Below are positions 1 to 10,237 of a stretch of 64,000 bases of DNA, piece by piece. Position 1 is the first letter of the stretch; the number at the start of each line of letters is the position of its first letter. The translations under genes were made by a program, and so were the position numbers. Below the pieces are notes generated by a model. The model saw only the letters and a program-made list of their open reading frames with translations. It did no database searches and was not told the DNA's origin. The stretch comes from Bacteroidota bacterium (GTDB taxonomy: Bacteria; Bacteroidota; Ignavibacteria; Kapaibacteriales; UBA961), in the NCBI GenBank assembly GCA_041191145.1, contig JBEEPK010000003.1, positions 9,651 to 73,650 on the forward strand, read 5' to 3'.

Positions 1-671
1 GTATAGATGCTATCTCCTGAAAATGAGAACGCGGATTTATCGTATGTTCCTATGATAGAATTATTTGTTGCATTGACTAGGGAAATAGCATTGGAGCCTG
101 GTAATATTTCTGTTTCACCGGAAACTTGTCCTCTTGACAAGAATGAAGCAAGTATGTCTCCTTCTTCACAACCAAGATGTACATTTAAAGGAAGTGAATC
201 CGGAAGTGTGTTTACAATTCGAATCTTTGCTTTAGATCTTATTGCATCTGATCTAAATGTTGATAATTGTAATACATAGGTTGAATCCTGATTCTGAATA
301 CCAGCACTTATGAAAGTTTGTATCGTATTTCGGAAAAAAGACATTTTTTGTCTTTGCAATGCAAGAGTTGAAAAGATCACCTGACCATCTTTCGAGATAC
401 TATAATGTGCACTATCGATGGTATTCACCCGAAGATCAGAACTATTGCCATAAGTAATATTTGAAAAAGTAGGACAACCATCTATAGAGAATGAGCGAGG
501 TACATTGTCTCCGGACATGTTGATAAATCGAACACTAACACTGCTATCTCGCAAACTTGGATCATACAAAAGGGGGTTTTCTTGAGCGCATCCACTGAGC
601 AGGACAAAGAGAATAGACAATCCCACAAAGAGAGTCTTATAGTAGAGAATATGTGATTTCGTTATAATCAT
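1..671 (-). CDS. Lipoprotein, DUF4397-like; partial, runs off the window start; absent from the ORF track
   Basis: Manual translation of the minus strand from ATG at 671 gives MIITKSHILYYKTLFVGLSILFVLLSGC-AQENPLLYDPSLRDSSVSVRFINMSGD..., open to position 1. It has a lipobox LSGC and repeated VRFIN/IRIVN segments as in DUF4397 proteins. Confidence 0.8.
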   Translation of the reverse strand, partial: MIITKSHILYYKTLFVGLSILFVLLSGCAQENPLLYDPSLRDSSVSVRFINMSGDNVPRSFSIDGCPTFSNITYGNSSDLRVNTIDSAHYSISKDGQVIFSTLALQRQKMSFFRNTIQTFISAGIQNQDSTYVLQLSTFRSDAIRSKAKIRIVNTLPDSLPLNVHLGCEEGDILASFLSRGQVSGETEILPGSNAISLVNATNNSIIGTYDKSAFSFSGDSIY

Positions 672-673
672 TG

Positions 674-681
674 TAGTTTTG
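674..681 (+). promoter_or_regulatory. Bacteroidota-type -7 promoter box (TAGTTTTG) for prfA
   Basis: Exact TAnnTTTG match about 40 nt upstream of the prfA ATG. Confidence 0.5.
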
Positions 682-695
682 AACTTATTATTTGA

Positions 696-703
696 CAAAA
701 ATA
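696..703 (-). promoter_or_regulatory. Bacteroidota-type -7 promoter box (TATTTTTG) for the lipoprotein gene
   Basis: Exact TAnnTTTG match on the minus strand 25 nt upstream of ATG 671. Confidence 0.55.
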
Positions 704-721
704 CAAAGTTGATGGCTAAAG

Positions 722-1795
722 ATGGAAGAGAAGATACTTGCTATAAAAGAAAGATATGATACTGTTTTACAACAGTTGAATGACCCTGAAACAATCGCAA
801 ATAATGATGTTTTTAGAGAATTATCAAAAGAATTAACTCAATTGGAACCGATTGTTCAGATGGGTGATGCTTATATTCATACTTTACATGCTTTAGATGC
901 AAATAAGGAATTACTCGAGCAATCATTAGATTCTGAATTGAAATCGCTGGCTTATGAAGAAAAACAAGAACTTCAATTGCAATTGCAAGATCAGCTTGAA
1001 AAGCTTACAATTCTGTTATTGCCCAAAGACCCAAATGATCGAAGAAATTGCATCGTAGAAATAAGGGCAGGTACAGGAGGAGATGAAGCTGGCTTATTTG
1101 TTGGAGATTTGCTCAAAATGTATTCGAGATTTTCTGAACAGAAAGGCCTTCACATTCAATTATTAGATTTACATGACAGTGAAGTAGGGGGATATAAAGA
1201 AGTTACTTTTGAACTCAATGGTGATGATGTTTTTGGCATGATGAAATATGAAAGTGGTGTTCATAGAGTTCAGAGAGTACCTGCAACAGAATCGTCAGGA
1301 AGAGTCCATACATCTGCCGCTACAGTCGCTGTCTTACCCCAAGCTGAAGACATCGATATCGACATCATGGAATCCGATCTTGAATTAAACTTCTCAAGAG
1401 CCGGTGGCAAGGGTGGACAAAATGTCAATAAAGTTGAAACTGCTGTTCGAATTACTCATAAACCTTCCGGTATTGTGGTTCAATGTAGAGAGGAAAGATC
1501 ACAATTGTCAAATAGATTGAAAGCAATGAAACTCCTTCGAACAAAATTGTATGAATTGGAGTTGGAGAAACAATCAGAAGCCCTTTCAAAAGATAGAAAA
1601 GAACAGATCAAGACGGGCGATAGATCAGAAAAAATACGAACATACAATTATCCTCAGAATAGAGTCACAGATCATAGATTGGAAGGAGAATCCAAGAATA
1701 ATCCATTGCGTGAAATAATGGATGGTGGACTTGGAACAATAATTGATCAATTAATGGTTCAAGCTAAATCAAAACAATTAGCAGAAGGTCAATGA
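722..1795 (+). CDS. prfA: Peptide chain release factor 1
   Basis: GGQ motif ([14 protein letters not shown]), RF1-specific PxT motif (VQRVPATES), [11 protein letters not shown]. Confidence 0.97.
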   Translation: MEEKILAIKERYDTVLQQLNDPETIANNDVFRELSKELTQLEPIVQMGDAYIHTLHALDANKELLEQSLDSELKSLAYEEKQELQLQLQDQLEKLTILLLPKDPNDRRNCIVEIRAGTGGDEAGLFVGDLLKMYSRFSEQKGLHIQLLDLHDSEVGGYKEVTFELNGDDVFGMMKYESGVHRVQRVPATESSGRVHTSAATVAVLPQAEDIDIDIMESDLELNFSRAGGKGGQNVNKVETAVRITHKPSGIVVQCREERSQLSNRLKAMKLLRTKLYELELEKQSEALSKDRKEQIKTGDRSEKIRTYNYPQNRVTDHRLEGESKNNPLREIMDGGLGTIIDQLMVQAKSKQLAEGQ

Positions 1796-3576
1796 ATGTA
1801 ATTAAGTTTATCATACTCCTCTTCATTGTTTTCGGATACATACAGGCTTCAGAAAATACAATTAAAGATATTCAAAGAGTTTCGTATGGTTTATCTTTAT
1901 TGCCTTCACTATCGCTACATAGGGCAGAGATGCTCCCCCCAAAACCCATGTCAATTTGTTGTCCTGAATTTACAAAAGGAGAAGGATTAGGTTACGATAT
2001 ATCATTTTTTTCTAAATATGTTATTGATTACAGTCATTCGATTGGGGCCACTTTTGGATATAGAGATATAGGTGCAATACTTTTAGCCGATACATATAGT
2101 ATCGTAAATTCTAAGAATCAACTAGGTTTGATAAGATCAAGATTAGAAGCTGAATTATCTTTGATTAACTTTCAATTTTTATACTGTTTTACACCTTTTC
2201 GGAGACTTGACATCACTTTGGGTATGATGTTAGGTATAAATGCTTCAAAGAACTACACTTACAGGGAAAACATCATTGATAGTCAACTACTATTTGATAA
2301 TGGAACACAACAAAGAAATACATCAATTGGAGCATTGGTAGGTATTAATCCAAGGTATTTCGGCATTGTACTTGGAACTTCATACAAAATACCAATCATC
2401 AAGGATGAATTATTCCTCAAACCTCTTATGCAATATACACATGCATTGCGCCCAACTCAATTTGGTACTCATTGGTATGCCGATGCCCTTACATTTGGAT
2501 TAGGGATTGAATTACATCCTTTTGGTGAAATACAAAAACCATTTACTGTGAAAAATGATAAAGAAGAGTTAACTACCATAGTTCAATCTCCAATATCTTA
2601 TTCAATCAATATTGGTGAAGTACAAAAAGGAAAAATACATATTGACCAAAAAGTATATTTCATGCCTGTACTACATGATTTATATACAGATATTCTTAAT
2701 CCTAATGAGTTCAATTCTAGTAGTTATATAAATTGTATACATGATCATGGCTCTTGTAATTATCCGTGGATAATTGATACTATTTTACAAAGAATGCAAC
2801 AATATCCTGAAAAGAAATTACACATAGAGCTCAATGATGGAATCGATTCCGAGTTATTGATTAAAAAACTTAAGGACTATTCTACTACAAGGAATTTTGA
2901 TACTTCAAGATTTATCTTTACATATGTTCAAGAGCAAGAAACCCAAAAAATAGGAAAGATTACTAATGTAGATTTGATTGCTCCATATGAAATGCTAAGT
3001 ACTGATACATCATATGAATATCACAGGATACAATTTGATGTGCAGTCAAATAGTGAATATGCATTTGACTGGGGATTATATGACTTTGAAACAAAACAGA
3101 TCATCAAAAAAGGGAAAGCAATATGTAACAAAACCATACTTATAGATAGCATTCCCAATACATTCAGACAAGGAACTTTGCGTGCATTGATTTTTGAAGA
3201 GGAGAATAAGAAGCTCATTCAAAGTGATATCCAGATAGATAGACCTGAACTAGTATTTTCAGATCCGATTCAGTATGAAACTGCAGCAATATTTGATTTC
3301 AACAGCGATAAACTTCGAAACATTGATACAGAATCATTGAAACATTTCAAGAAAGGTCTTAAAAAAGAAGACACCATTATCATAGAAGCATTCACGGATT
3401 TAAGCGGTGATATCTCATTGAATACCGATTTAGCCAAAAGAAGAGCCGAATCAGTATCGTTCATTTTTAAGGAAAGCCCCAAAGAAATCATACTTTCCCC
3501 ATTGAAACCAAGAAATTCTGGAAAAAACGAGTATCAAAAAGCATATAATAGGATTGTCACTATCAAAAGAAAATAG
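1792..3576 (+). CDS. Outer-membrane beta-barrel protein with C-terminal OmpA-like peptidoglycan-binding domain
   Basis: Signal peptide; alternating beta-strand pattern in the N-terminal half; C-terminal FDFNSDKL...[18 protein letters not shown]...YNRIV; ATGA overlap with prfA. Confidence 0.75.
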   Translation: MNVIKFIILLFIVFGYIQASENTIKDIQRVSYGLSLLPSLSLHRAEMLPPKPMSICCPEFTKGEGLGYDISFFSKYVIDYSHSIGATFGYRDIGAILLADTYSIVNSKNQLGLIRSRLEAELSLINFQFLYCFTPFRRLDITLGMMLGINASKNYTYRENIIDSQLLFDNGTQQRNTSIGALVGINPRYFGIVLGTSYKIPIIKDELFLKPLMQYTHALRPTQFGTHWYADALTFGLGIELHPFGEIQKPFTVKNDKEELTTIVQSPISYSINIGEVQKGKIHIDQKVYFMPVLHDLYTDILNPNEFNSSSYINCIHDHGSCNYPWIIDTILQRMQQYPEKKLHIELNDGIDSELLIKKLKDYSTTRNFDTSRFIFTYVQEQETQKIGKITNVDLIAPYEMLSTDTSYEYHRIQFDVQSNSEYAFDWGLYDFETKQIIKKGKAICNKTILIDSIPNTFRQGTLRALIFEEENKKLIQSDIQIDRPELVFSDPIQYETAAIFDFNSDKLRNIDTESLKHFKKGLKKEDTIIIEAFTDLSGDISLNTDLAKRRAESVSFIFKESPKEIILSPLKPRNSGKNEYQKAYNRIVTIKRK

Positions 3577-3620
3577 CCATAACAAGGGAAATATCAGCAT
3601 GATTTTATGCTAGAATATTG

Positions 3621-3628
3621 TATCTTTG
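3621..3628 (+). promoter_or_regulatory. Bacteroidota-type -7 promoter box (TATCTTTG-CA) for secG
   Basis: Exact TAnnTTTG match; it lies inside the track ORF's first codons, which favours ATG 3664 as the real start. Confidence 0.6.
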
Positions 3629-3663
3629 CAACTTATTGCAAACATTTTCTTGACGGTTACACT

Positions 3664-4035
3664 ATGTTTACTCTCGCTATCATATTGATGATTATTCTCG
3701 GCTTATTGCTTATTGCAGCAGTTTTGATTCAGCCGGGCAAAGGCGATATGACGACATCTATGTCTGGTTTCGGAAATCAGCTCGGTACCATGTTCGGTTC
3801 ACGCAGAGCTTCAGATTTATTGACTAAGATCACAATTATCATTGGTGCTACCATCATGGTGATAGCATTGTTGGCCAATAAATTTCTATTGAATCCTGGT
3901 GATATCACCAGAGATCCTGCAACCGTGAATGCTGCAAAGCCAATTGTTCCTCCATCCACACCTGTTCAAAAGCCTGCGGCACCTCAGCCTGCACCGGCCC
4001 AGCAGCAACCGGCAACGGAACAACCTAAACCATAA
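3664..4035 (+). CDS. secG: Preprotein translocase subunit SecG
   Basis: VLIQPGKG...GFG...FGSRRASDLLTKIT two-TM pattern with a Pro/Gln-rich tail; start moved from 3607 to 3664. Confidence 0.92.
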   Translation: MFTLAIILMIILGLLLIAAVLIQPGKGDMTTSMSGFGNQLGTMFGSRRASDLLTKITIIIGATIMVIALLANKFLLNPGDITRDPATVNAAKPIVPPSTPVQKPAAPQPAPAQQQPATEQPKP

Positions 4036-4039
4036 CTTT

Positions 4040-4067
4040 AAAGCCGATCCTTGATCGGCTTTTTTTT
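4040..4067 (+). terminator. Intrinsic terminator after secG
   Basis: AAGCCGATC-CTT-GATCGGCTT hairpin followed by a T run; convergent gene ends immediately after. Confidence 0.85.
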
Positions 4068-5229
4068 ATTCATGTCTTAATTGTTCCGAGATATTTGTTC
4101 GAGTTGCCAAGAATGATGGATATATCCCGGCAATGGACGAAACGCTAATTCCAAGTATAACGCTAATTAAAACTATATCATAAGAAAGAGATACAGGCAT
4201 TGTTGAAACAATGCTATTTGGCAATGATATCCAACCATAAAATTTCTGGCCATAACAAAGAAGTACACCCAATCCCGCACCTAATAATGATCCAAAGGAA
4301 CCTATTGTTAATCCTTGTAGCATGAAAGTCCATTTGATGTCTTGTTGAGTAGCACCCATGGAAAGAAGCATAGCAATGTCCTTTGATTTCGACTTCACCA
4401 TCATCCACATTGCGATCAATATATTAAATGCTGAGACAAAGGAAATTATTCCAAGTATTATAAAACTCATATTTCTTTCAAATTCCATCGTGGAATAAAG
4501 TTCATGATGAAGATCCTTCCAAGTATCAATTTGTAATTCTCCAAGGAATCTATCTGACTTTAGAGTCTGCTGAAGCTCATAGACTTTATCGGGATTCTCG
4601 ATTCTTACATCTGCAAATCGCTTTCCCACCAACCCATTATCTTCTAGAAAGTGTAAATCAGCCATGATAAATGAATTGTCATATTGAACTCCTGAACTTA
4701 TCTGAAAGATACTGTCAATAACTACTTGAATTCCAGTAGGTAAAGCCATGCCGGAAATTGCCATATCAATCATTTCGGGAGTAGAGAGTGAAATCGTATC
4801 ACCCTTCTTAACACCCAACTTATCGGCTAGACCTATACCAATAGCAACCTTATCATCACTCTTTTTTACATACTTATGTAATGATTCTATGCCTAATATC
4901 ATACCGGCTTGTGTTACTTCTTTATGACCAATGATAATCTTTGATGATGAACTTTCATTAAATTCATAAATATCAACATATGTACTTAGTCTTTCTTTAA
5001 GACCCTTGGTATTAATACCCTCATTTAAAGTTATTCGTATATGTGGATCAATGGTTAGAAGCATGTCTCTAACCAATAATCGAAATCCATTGAATATTGA
5101 GGTCACACAGATTAGAGATGCGATACCAATCAATAAACCTAAGAATGCCAATACATTGATGAAAGATATGAATGAGCGTTGTTTAATTGAAAAGAGATAT
5201 GTACGAGATAACAATAAAGGAATGCGCAT
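4066..5229 (-). CDS. LolC/LolE-family (FtsX/MacB-type) ABC transporter permease
   Basis: SFISFI..LAFLGLLIGIASLICVTSIFNGF; C-terminal K.KDIAMLLSMGAT..DI..TF..QG..IG. Confidence 0.88.
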   Translation of the reverse strand: MRIPLLLSRTYLFSIKQRSFISFINVLAFLGLLIGIASLICVTSIFNGFRLLVRDMLLTIDPHIRITLNEGINTKGLKERLSTYVDIYEFNESSSSKIIIGHKEVTQAGMILGIESLHKYVKKSDDKVAIGIGLADKLGVKKGDTISLSTPEMIDMAISGMALPTGIQVVIDSIFQISSGVQYDNSFIMADLHFLEDNGLVGKRFADVRIENPDKVYELQQTLKSDRFLGELQIDTWKDLHHELYSTMEFERNMSFIILGIISFVSAFNILIAMWMMVKSKSKDIAMLLSMGATQQDIKWTFMLQGLTIGSFGSLLGAGLGVLLCYGQKFYGWISLPNSIVSTMPVSLSYDIVLISVILGISVSSIAGIYPSFLATRTNISEQLRHE

Positions 5230-7314
5230 CTATAGTGTTTTAAGTTTAGCTGGAATTGACTTGAATGTAGTCAATTCTTTAAGAAAATAATGTTGTGAAT
5301 TAAATCCATCTTCTCTTTGCAAGGGTCTTGTGTATTCACAATTCTCATTGAGTTTCCAAGAAGCAGAATTGTCCTCCAAATATATTGAAAGGACATGTTC
5401 CAATAATGAAAATGATTTTTTATCAAAAATAGGAAACATGATTTCAACTCTATTATTGAAATTCCTTGGCATCCAATCAGCTGATGATAGATATATCTCG
5501 GATTTTCCATTATTTGAGAAATAAAATATTCTGCTATGTTCAAGAAATCTTCCAATTACACTTTTCACGGTGATGTTTTCACTCAATCCGGGAATATTGG
5601 GAATAAGCGAGCAAACACCTCTAATGATTAACTCAATTTTCACACCTTTTTGTGAAGCTTTATACAGTGCATCAATTACTTGCCTATCAACAAGAGCATT
5701 CATTTTTGCTACAATTCTACCCGGTTTTTCATGAGTTGAATGCTCAGCTTCTCGAGAAATCAAATCTAATACATCATTCCGAAGATGATCCGGTGCAACA
5801 GAAAATCGATCCCAATGTTCATGATGAGAATATCCTGTTAACATATTGAACAGATGTATCGCATCATTAACAAAATCTTCCCGACAAGTGAAATAACCAA
5901 TGTCTGTATACACTCGTGACGTTGACACATTATAATTACCGGTACTTAAGTGTAAATAAGTACGAATCTTATGTTCTTTCCTCACAACCATTGCAATCTT
6001 GCTATGAATTTTTAACCCTAGAACTCCATAGACCACATGTACACCGACATTCTCCAATTCTTTGGCCCAATTGATATTATTCTCTTCATCAAATCTGGCT
6101 CTTAATTCAACAAAAGCGGTGACCTGTTTTCCATTCTCAGCTGCAATTTTAAGAGCTTCTATGACAGGAGATGAGCCTCCTGCGCGATATAGCGTGATTT
6201 TGATTGCCAATACTTGATCATCTGTGGAAGCTGCCTGTAGAAAGCGTACAACACTGGAAGTAAAGGAGTCAAATGGATGATGAACAAGTATGTCTTTCTT
6301 TTTAATATGATCGAATATCTCTGATGAAGCACCTAAGAATTCAGGATATTGTCTGGATAAGAAAGGTGTATCTTTTAACTGAGGTTTATCAACTTTATAA
6401 AGCGTATATAAATCACTTAGATTGAGTGGTATATCTGAAAAGTAAATATCATCATTATTGATATTCATTGATTTGCAAAGCATTTCAACTACATCTTTGG
6501 ATGTTGAAGATTCAACCTCAAGTCGTACTGCATCAGTACCCCAACGCCTGTGGCGAACTTGCTCAGCAATTTCAGACATCAGATCTTCAGCTTCATCATA
6601 GGCGATGTCCAAATCAGCATCTCTTGTTACTCTGAAACAGTGCGACTCAGATATTGTGAAACCTGGAAAGAGTATATCAGCATTCTCCTGAATGATTTTT
6701 TCCAGGAGTATGAATGTTTGATGACTAGGGTGAACATTTATACTAACCAAACGATCAAGTATAGGTGGAACTTGTAGTACAGCTACTTTAGAACCTGCTT
6801 TCTTCTCATCTTTCAGAAGAAAAACAATATTTAAAGACCGGTTGAGTAGTCTTGGAAATGGATGTCCGGGATCAATGGCCAAAGGGGTCAATACAGGTAA
6901 AATGTCTGTTACGAAAAGTCCTTTCACATATGCTTGATGGGATTCATTAAGATCGGATAATTCCAATAATTTTATGCCTTGTTTTGATAATGCAGGCATA
7001 ATATCATTCTTGTAAATCTCCTCATGGGCTGTATGCAAAGGCAATAACATCGTTCTTAATCGATGCAATTGCTCTGCAGGTGTCAATCCATCAACAGATA
7101 GATCAATAGCATGCTGCAATAATTGCTCTTTCAAACCACTCATGCGAATCATGAAAAATTCATCAAGATTCGTGGTGAAAATTATCAAGAATTTGAGTCT
7201 TTCAAGTAATGGATGGGACTGATTGTTTGCTTCTTGAAGCACTCTTTCATTAAATCGTACCCAAGCGACTTCGCGATTGATATATCTTGGGATTGTTGTA
7301 TCCATGTTTTCCAA
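5230..7314 (-). CDS. ppk1: Polyphosphate kinase 1
   Basis: YINRE..W..FNERVL, NLDEFFMIR, HHPFDSF, LKIHSK, TGNYN, RFLEHSR, SADWMPRN. Confidence 0.97.
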   Translation of the reverse strand: MENMDTTIPRYINREVAWVRFNERVLQEANNQSHPLLERLKFLIIFTTNLDEFFMIRMSGLKEQLLQHAIDLSVDGLTPAEQLHRLRTMLLPLHTAHEEIYKNDIMPALSKQGIKLLELSDLNESHQAYVKGLFVTDILPVLTPLAIDPGHPFPRLLNRSLNIVFLLKDEKKAGSKVAVLQVPPILDRLVSINVHPSHQTFILLEKIIQENADILFPGFTISESHCFRVTRDADLDIAYDEAEDLMSEIAEQVRHRRWGTDAVRLEVESSTSKDVVEMLCKSMNINNDDIYFSDIPLNLSDLYTLYKVDKPQLKDTPFLSRQYPEFLGASSEIFDHIKKKDILVHHPFDSFTSSVVRFLQAASTDDQVLAIKITLYRAGGSSPVIEALKIAAENGKQVTAFVELRARFDEENNINWAKELENVGVHVVYGVLGLKIHSKIAMVVRKEHKIRTYLHLSTGNYNVSTSRVYTDIGYFTCREDFVNDAIHLFNMLTGYSHHEHWDRFSVAPDHLRNDVLDLISREAEHSTHEKPGRIVAKMNALVDRQVIDALYKASQKGVKIELIIRGVCSLIPNIPGLSENITVKSVIGRFLEHSRIFYFSNNGKSEIYLSSADWMPRNFNNRVEIMFPIFDKKSFSLLEHVLSIYLEDNSASWKLNENCEYTRPLQREDGFNSQHYFLKELTTFKSIPAKLKTL

Positions 7315-7377
7315 TGTTCCAGCTCGAATGAAATTGAATCTATGGGGAATATAGGATTTACGGGCCTTCTTAACAAG

Positions 7378-8913
7378 TCAATTTCGCTTAATACATGGTG
7401 TGATTTTACTTATTGAATCATTTCCTTGATAATCTTTAATTCTATGAACCAAGATATAAGCAGAAGACGGTAACTCAATCACATCAAAAAAGGGAAGCAC
7501 TATTTCTGAAGGTATTAGCTTATCTACAAAGATTGATGATATAAAAAATCCATCAAGAGTATACACATCACATGAATATATTCCAATGGTAAATGGTTGA
7601 TTTATTCGTATTTGCTGACAGTTCAAGAAAGTCCCATTACAACCCTCAAATTCTATTGTGATATCTTTTGTATTTGATGAATGAATTGGACTATTCATTT
7701 TTCCAGGTGTGCCACCTAACTCATGCATTGAAATGAACCAAGTTCCTCCATTAAGAGAATCACTATATTCAAATGAGGAGTTTGGCAAGTAAGAAGAATA
7801 TTTTTGAATGAGATAATCATAGTGAATGGAATCGATTATACATCCATTTGGATCAATTATCTGAATATTTATGCCTTCATCCGACAATGAAAATCCATTA
7901 TCATACACACACAATTGCTCTGATATTCTTTGATCTGGTTCTTTTATTATCAGCACATATTCTGAAAATAGCTCCAAAGATAAATCAATAGTATCTCTTC
8001 CAATGATGCAAGTATATCCATCTTGCAGATTGATACCATTGTCTAGTATTCTTATTTCAATAAATTCAGGGAAGTTATTATCATGAACATTTATCTCATT
8101 GATGATGATACTTCTATTGGGGAATGATTGATAGAATTCAAAGACTCCATTATTGTTATACAATCGAGGATCATCCAAAAGATGTGAAGATGTTATGGAA
8201 ATCTGATTCATTCCTTTTGAAATCTGCAAATCAGATACCGATATACTTATTTCTGAAAGTTGATGTGTCTTGAGTATATCTAAGTATGACTTAACATATG
8301 ATGTTCCCGTTGAAACAATTATCTGAATATCCTGTATTGGGATATTTCCATTATTGTATAATCTAAAGTATATGGAATCATCATTTACAAATATTGAGCG
8401 AAGTTGGAGATCATTATCAAGCGGAAGTATTGAATTGATAAATCCACAAGTATGTCCGTTTGGATGTATAGAGGTTATGACATCGTTGTTTGAAGACAAG
8501 TTTTTATATCGTTCTAGACTTTTTCCTTTTTGCTCCTTGCTAATGGTATATGCAATAGAATCAATGACTGTGCTATCTTGATCCCGAAGTATGATTTTAT
8601 CTTTTGAATTATTCAGTGTTGGCAAGATAGCTTGCCTTAACTGACATTGGATTGTATTTACTGAATTCTTTAAAGTGTTTGTATCTCTTGTGATTATAAG
8701 ATATTCTCTTGAAGGAATAACAATATTCTCGACCTTAACACGATTGGTTGCATCCTCGATCCATAATACTGCTATGGAAAAAGTGTTTGCTGAATCAGTA
8801 TTGTGAAATTCTATCCATTCCGGATTCCCGGATAAAGGATTAGGCATGAATTCATTGATTATGATTTGTGAATTTGCGATAAACGGAAACAAGAAAACGA
8901 TGATGATTTTCAT
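7378..8913 (-). CDS. Secreted lamin-tail-domain protein (two LTD-like domains) with a degenerate T9SS-like C-terminus
   Basis: Signal peptide, then IIINEFMPNP...EWIEFHN and a second IIINEINV...EFIEI; start moved to 8913 because the upstream codons fall in a terminator. Confidence 0.75.
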   Translation of the reverse strand: MKIIIVFLFPFIANSQIIINEFMPNPLSGNPEWIEFHNTDSANTFSIAVLWIEDATNRVKVENIVIPSREYLIITRDTNTLKNSVNTIQCQLRQAILPTLNNSKDKIILRDQDSTVIDSIAYTISKEQKGKSLERYKNLSSNNDVITSIHPNGHTCGFINSILPLDNDLQLRSIFVNDDSIYFRLYNNGNIPIQDIQIIVSTGTSYVKSYLDILKTHQLSEISISVSDLQISKGMNQISITSSHLLDDPRLYNNNGVFEFYQSFPNRSIIINEINVHDNNFPEFIEIRILDNGINLQDGYTCIIGRDTIDLSLELFSEYVLIIKEPDQRISEQLCVYDNGFSLSDEGINIQIIDPNGCIIDSIHYDYLIQKYSSYLPNSSFEYSDSLNGGTWFISMHELGGTPGKMNSPIHSSNTKDITIEFEGCNGTFLNCQQIRINQPFTIGIYSCDVYTLDGFFISSIFVDKLIPSEIVLPFFDVIELPSSAYILVHRIKDYQGNDSISKITPCIKRN

Positions 8914-8948
8914 AAAAAAAGCTACCTCATAAAACATGGGGTAGCTTT
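8914..8948 (-). terminator. Intrinsic terminator after the acyl-CoA dehydrogenase gene
   Basis: Minus strand AAAGCTACCCCAT-GTTTT-ATGAGGTAGCTTTTTTT; stem of about 13 bp plus a 7-T tract. Confidence 0.8.
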
Positions 8949-8970
8949 AAGAAAAAGGGATTAGATTCTA

Positions 8971-10134
8971 CTATTTAAAGGCTTGTATGCCCGTGATATC
9001 GGCGCCAAGTATCAATGTATGAATATCGTGAGTACCTTCATATGTTCTTACGGATTCAAGATTTGCTGAATGTCGCATGATTGGATATTCATCGAGAATA
9101 CCATTTGCTCCATGAATGTCTCTAGCAATTCGGGCACATTGAATAGCAATGTCAACATTGTTTCTCTTTGCAAGTGATACTTGATTTGGGTTCATTCTGC
9201 CTGATTCTTTCAATTGACCCAATTGCATGCAGATAAGCTGACCTTTTGTGATCTCATTGAGCATCCAAACCAATTTTTCTTGAACCAATTGAAAACCGGC
9301 AATCGGTTTGTCAAACTGTATTCTACTTTTTGCATAATCAAGAGATGATTGATAAGTACCTATTGCACTACCGATTGCGCCCCAAGCAATTCCATATCGT
9401 GCTTGAGTCAAACAACTAAGTGGACCTTTCAATCCTTTGATGTTTAACTTGTTTTCTTTTGGAATTTCAACATCTTGGAAAATAAGCTCGCTTGTCACAG
9501 AAGCTCTAAGTGAATGTTTTCCTTTCATTTCAGGAGCAGAGAATCCTTTCATTCCTCTTTCAACAAGAAATCCATGAACTTCGCCTTCGTATTTTGCCCA
9601 TACGACAGCCACATCTGCAAGTGAACCGTTTGTGATCCACATCTTTGCACCATTGAGCAGATATCCACCATCAATATCTTTTGCATTTGTTATCATGCCT
9701 GATGGATTTGAGCCAAAATCAGGTTCTGTTAGTCCAAAACATCCAATTGCGCTTCCGGATGCAAGTCTTGGAAGCCATTTCTTTTTGATTTCTTCGGATC
9801 CATATGTGTAAATCGGATACATAACGAGTGAACTTTGCACGGAAGCAAAAGAGCGAACTCCGGAATCACCTCTTTCAAGTTCTTGCATAGCCAAACCATA
9901 GCTAATGTAATTTGCACCGGCACATCCATATTCCTGAGGGAGAGTTATGCCAAACAGACCAAGATCAGCCATTTTTCCAACCAAATCCATTGGGAATGTA
10001 CCAGCTTGATAGTGTTTTTCAATAATCGGTAAAACCTCATTGTCGACAAAGTCGGCAACGGATTCTCTGACCATTTTTTCATCCTCGGACAATTGGTCGT
10101 AAATATTATAATAATCAACAGGTTGGAAAGCCAT
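8971..10134 (-). CDS. gcdH: Acyl-CoA dehydrogenase, glutaryl-CoA dehydrogenase-like
   Basis: ELERGDSGVRSFASVQSSLVMYPI, GCFGLTEPDFGSNP, NGAKMWITNG, TYEGTHDIH; start moved to MAFQP. Confidence 0.85.
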   Translation of the reverse strand: MAFQPVDYYNIYDQLSEDEKMVRESVADFVDNEVLPIIEKHYQAGTFPMDLVGKMADLGLFGITLPQEYGCAGANYISYGLAMQELERGDSGVRSFASVQSSLVMYPIYTYGSEEIKKKWLPRLASGSAIGCFGLTEPDFGSNPSGMITNAKDIDGGYLLNGAKMWITNGSLADVAVVWAKYEGEVHGFLVERGMKGFSAPEMKGKHSLRASVTSELIFQDVEIPKENKLNIKGLKGPLSCLTQARYGIAWGAIGSAIGTYQSSLDYAKSRIQFDKPIAGFQLVQEKLVWMLNEITKGQLICMQLGQLKESGRMNPNQVSLAKRNNVDIAIQCARIARDIHGANGILDEYPIMRHSANLESVRTYEGTHDIHTLILGADITGIQAFK

Positions 10135-10183
10135 GTTAAAACCTTGGTAAATGTATAATGGCAATGATTAACTTAATTCGGTG

Positions 10184-10191
10184 CAAAATTA
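10184..10191 (-). promoter_or_regulatory. Bacteroidota-type -7 promoter box (TAATTTTG-CA) for gcdH
   Basis: Exact TAnnTTTG match 50 nt upstream of ATG 10134. Confidence 0.55.
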
Positions 10192-10237
10192 CGAATTTAC
10201 ACATGCTCTTAAAAACTGTAAATACCCCAAAAGTTCC

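Noticed and set aside
7-279. 90-aa ORF on the plus strand
   Set aside because: Shadow of the minus-strand lipoprotein gene; no recognisable features
722-1795. Possible RF2-type programmed frameshift in the release factor gene
   Set aside because: Single continuous ORF with the RF1 PxT motif; no CTT-TGA slip site needed
3607-3663. N-terminal extension of SecG in the ORF track
   Set aside because: Overlaps the promoter box at 3621; the SecG pattern begins at ATG 3664
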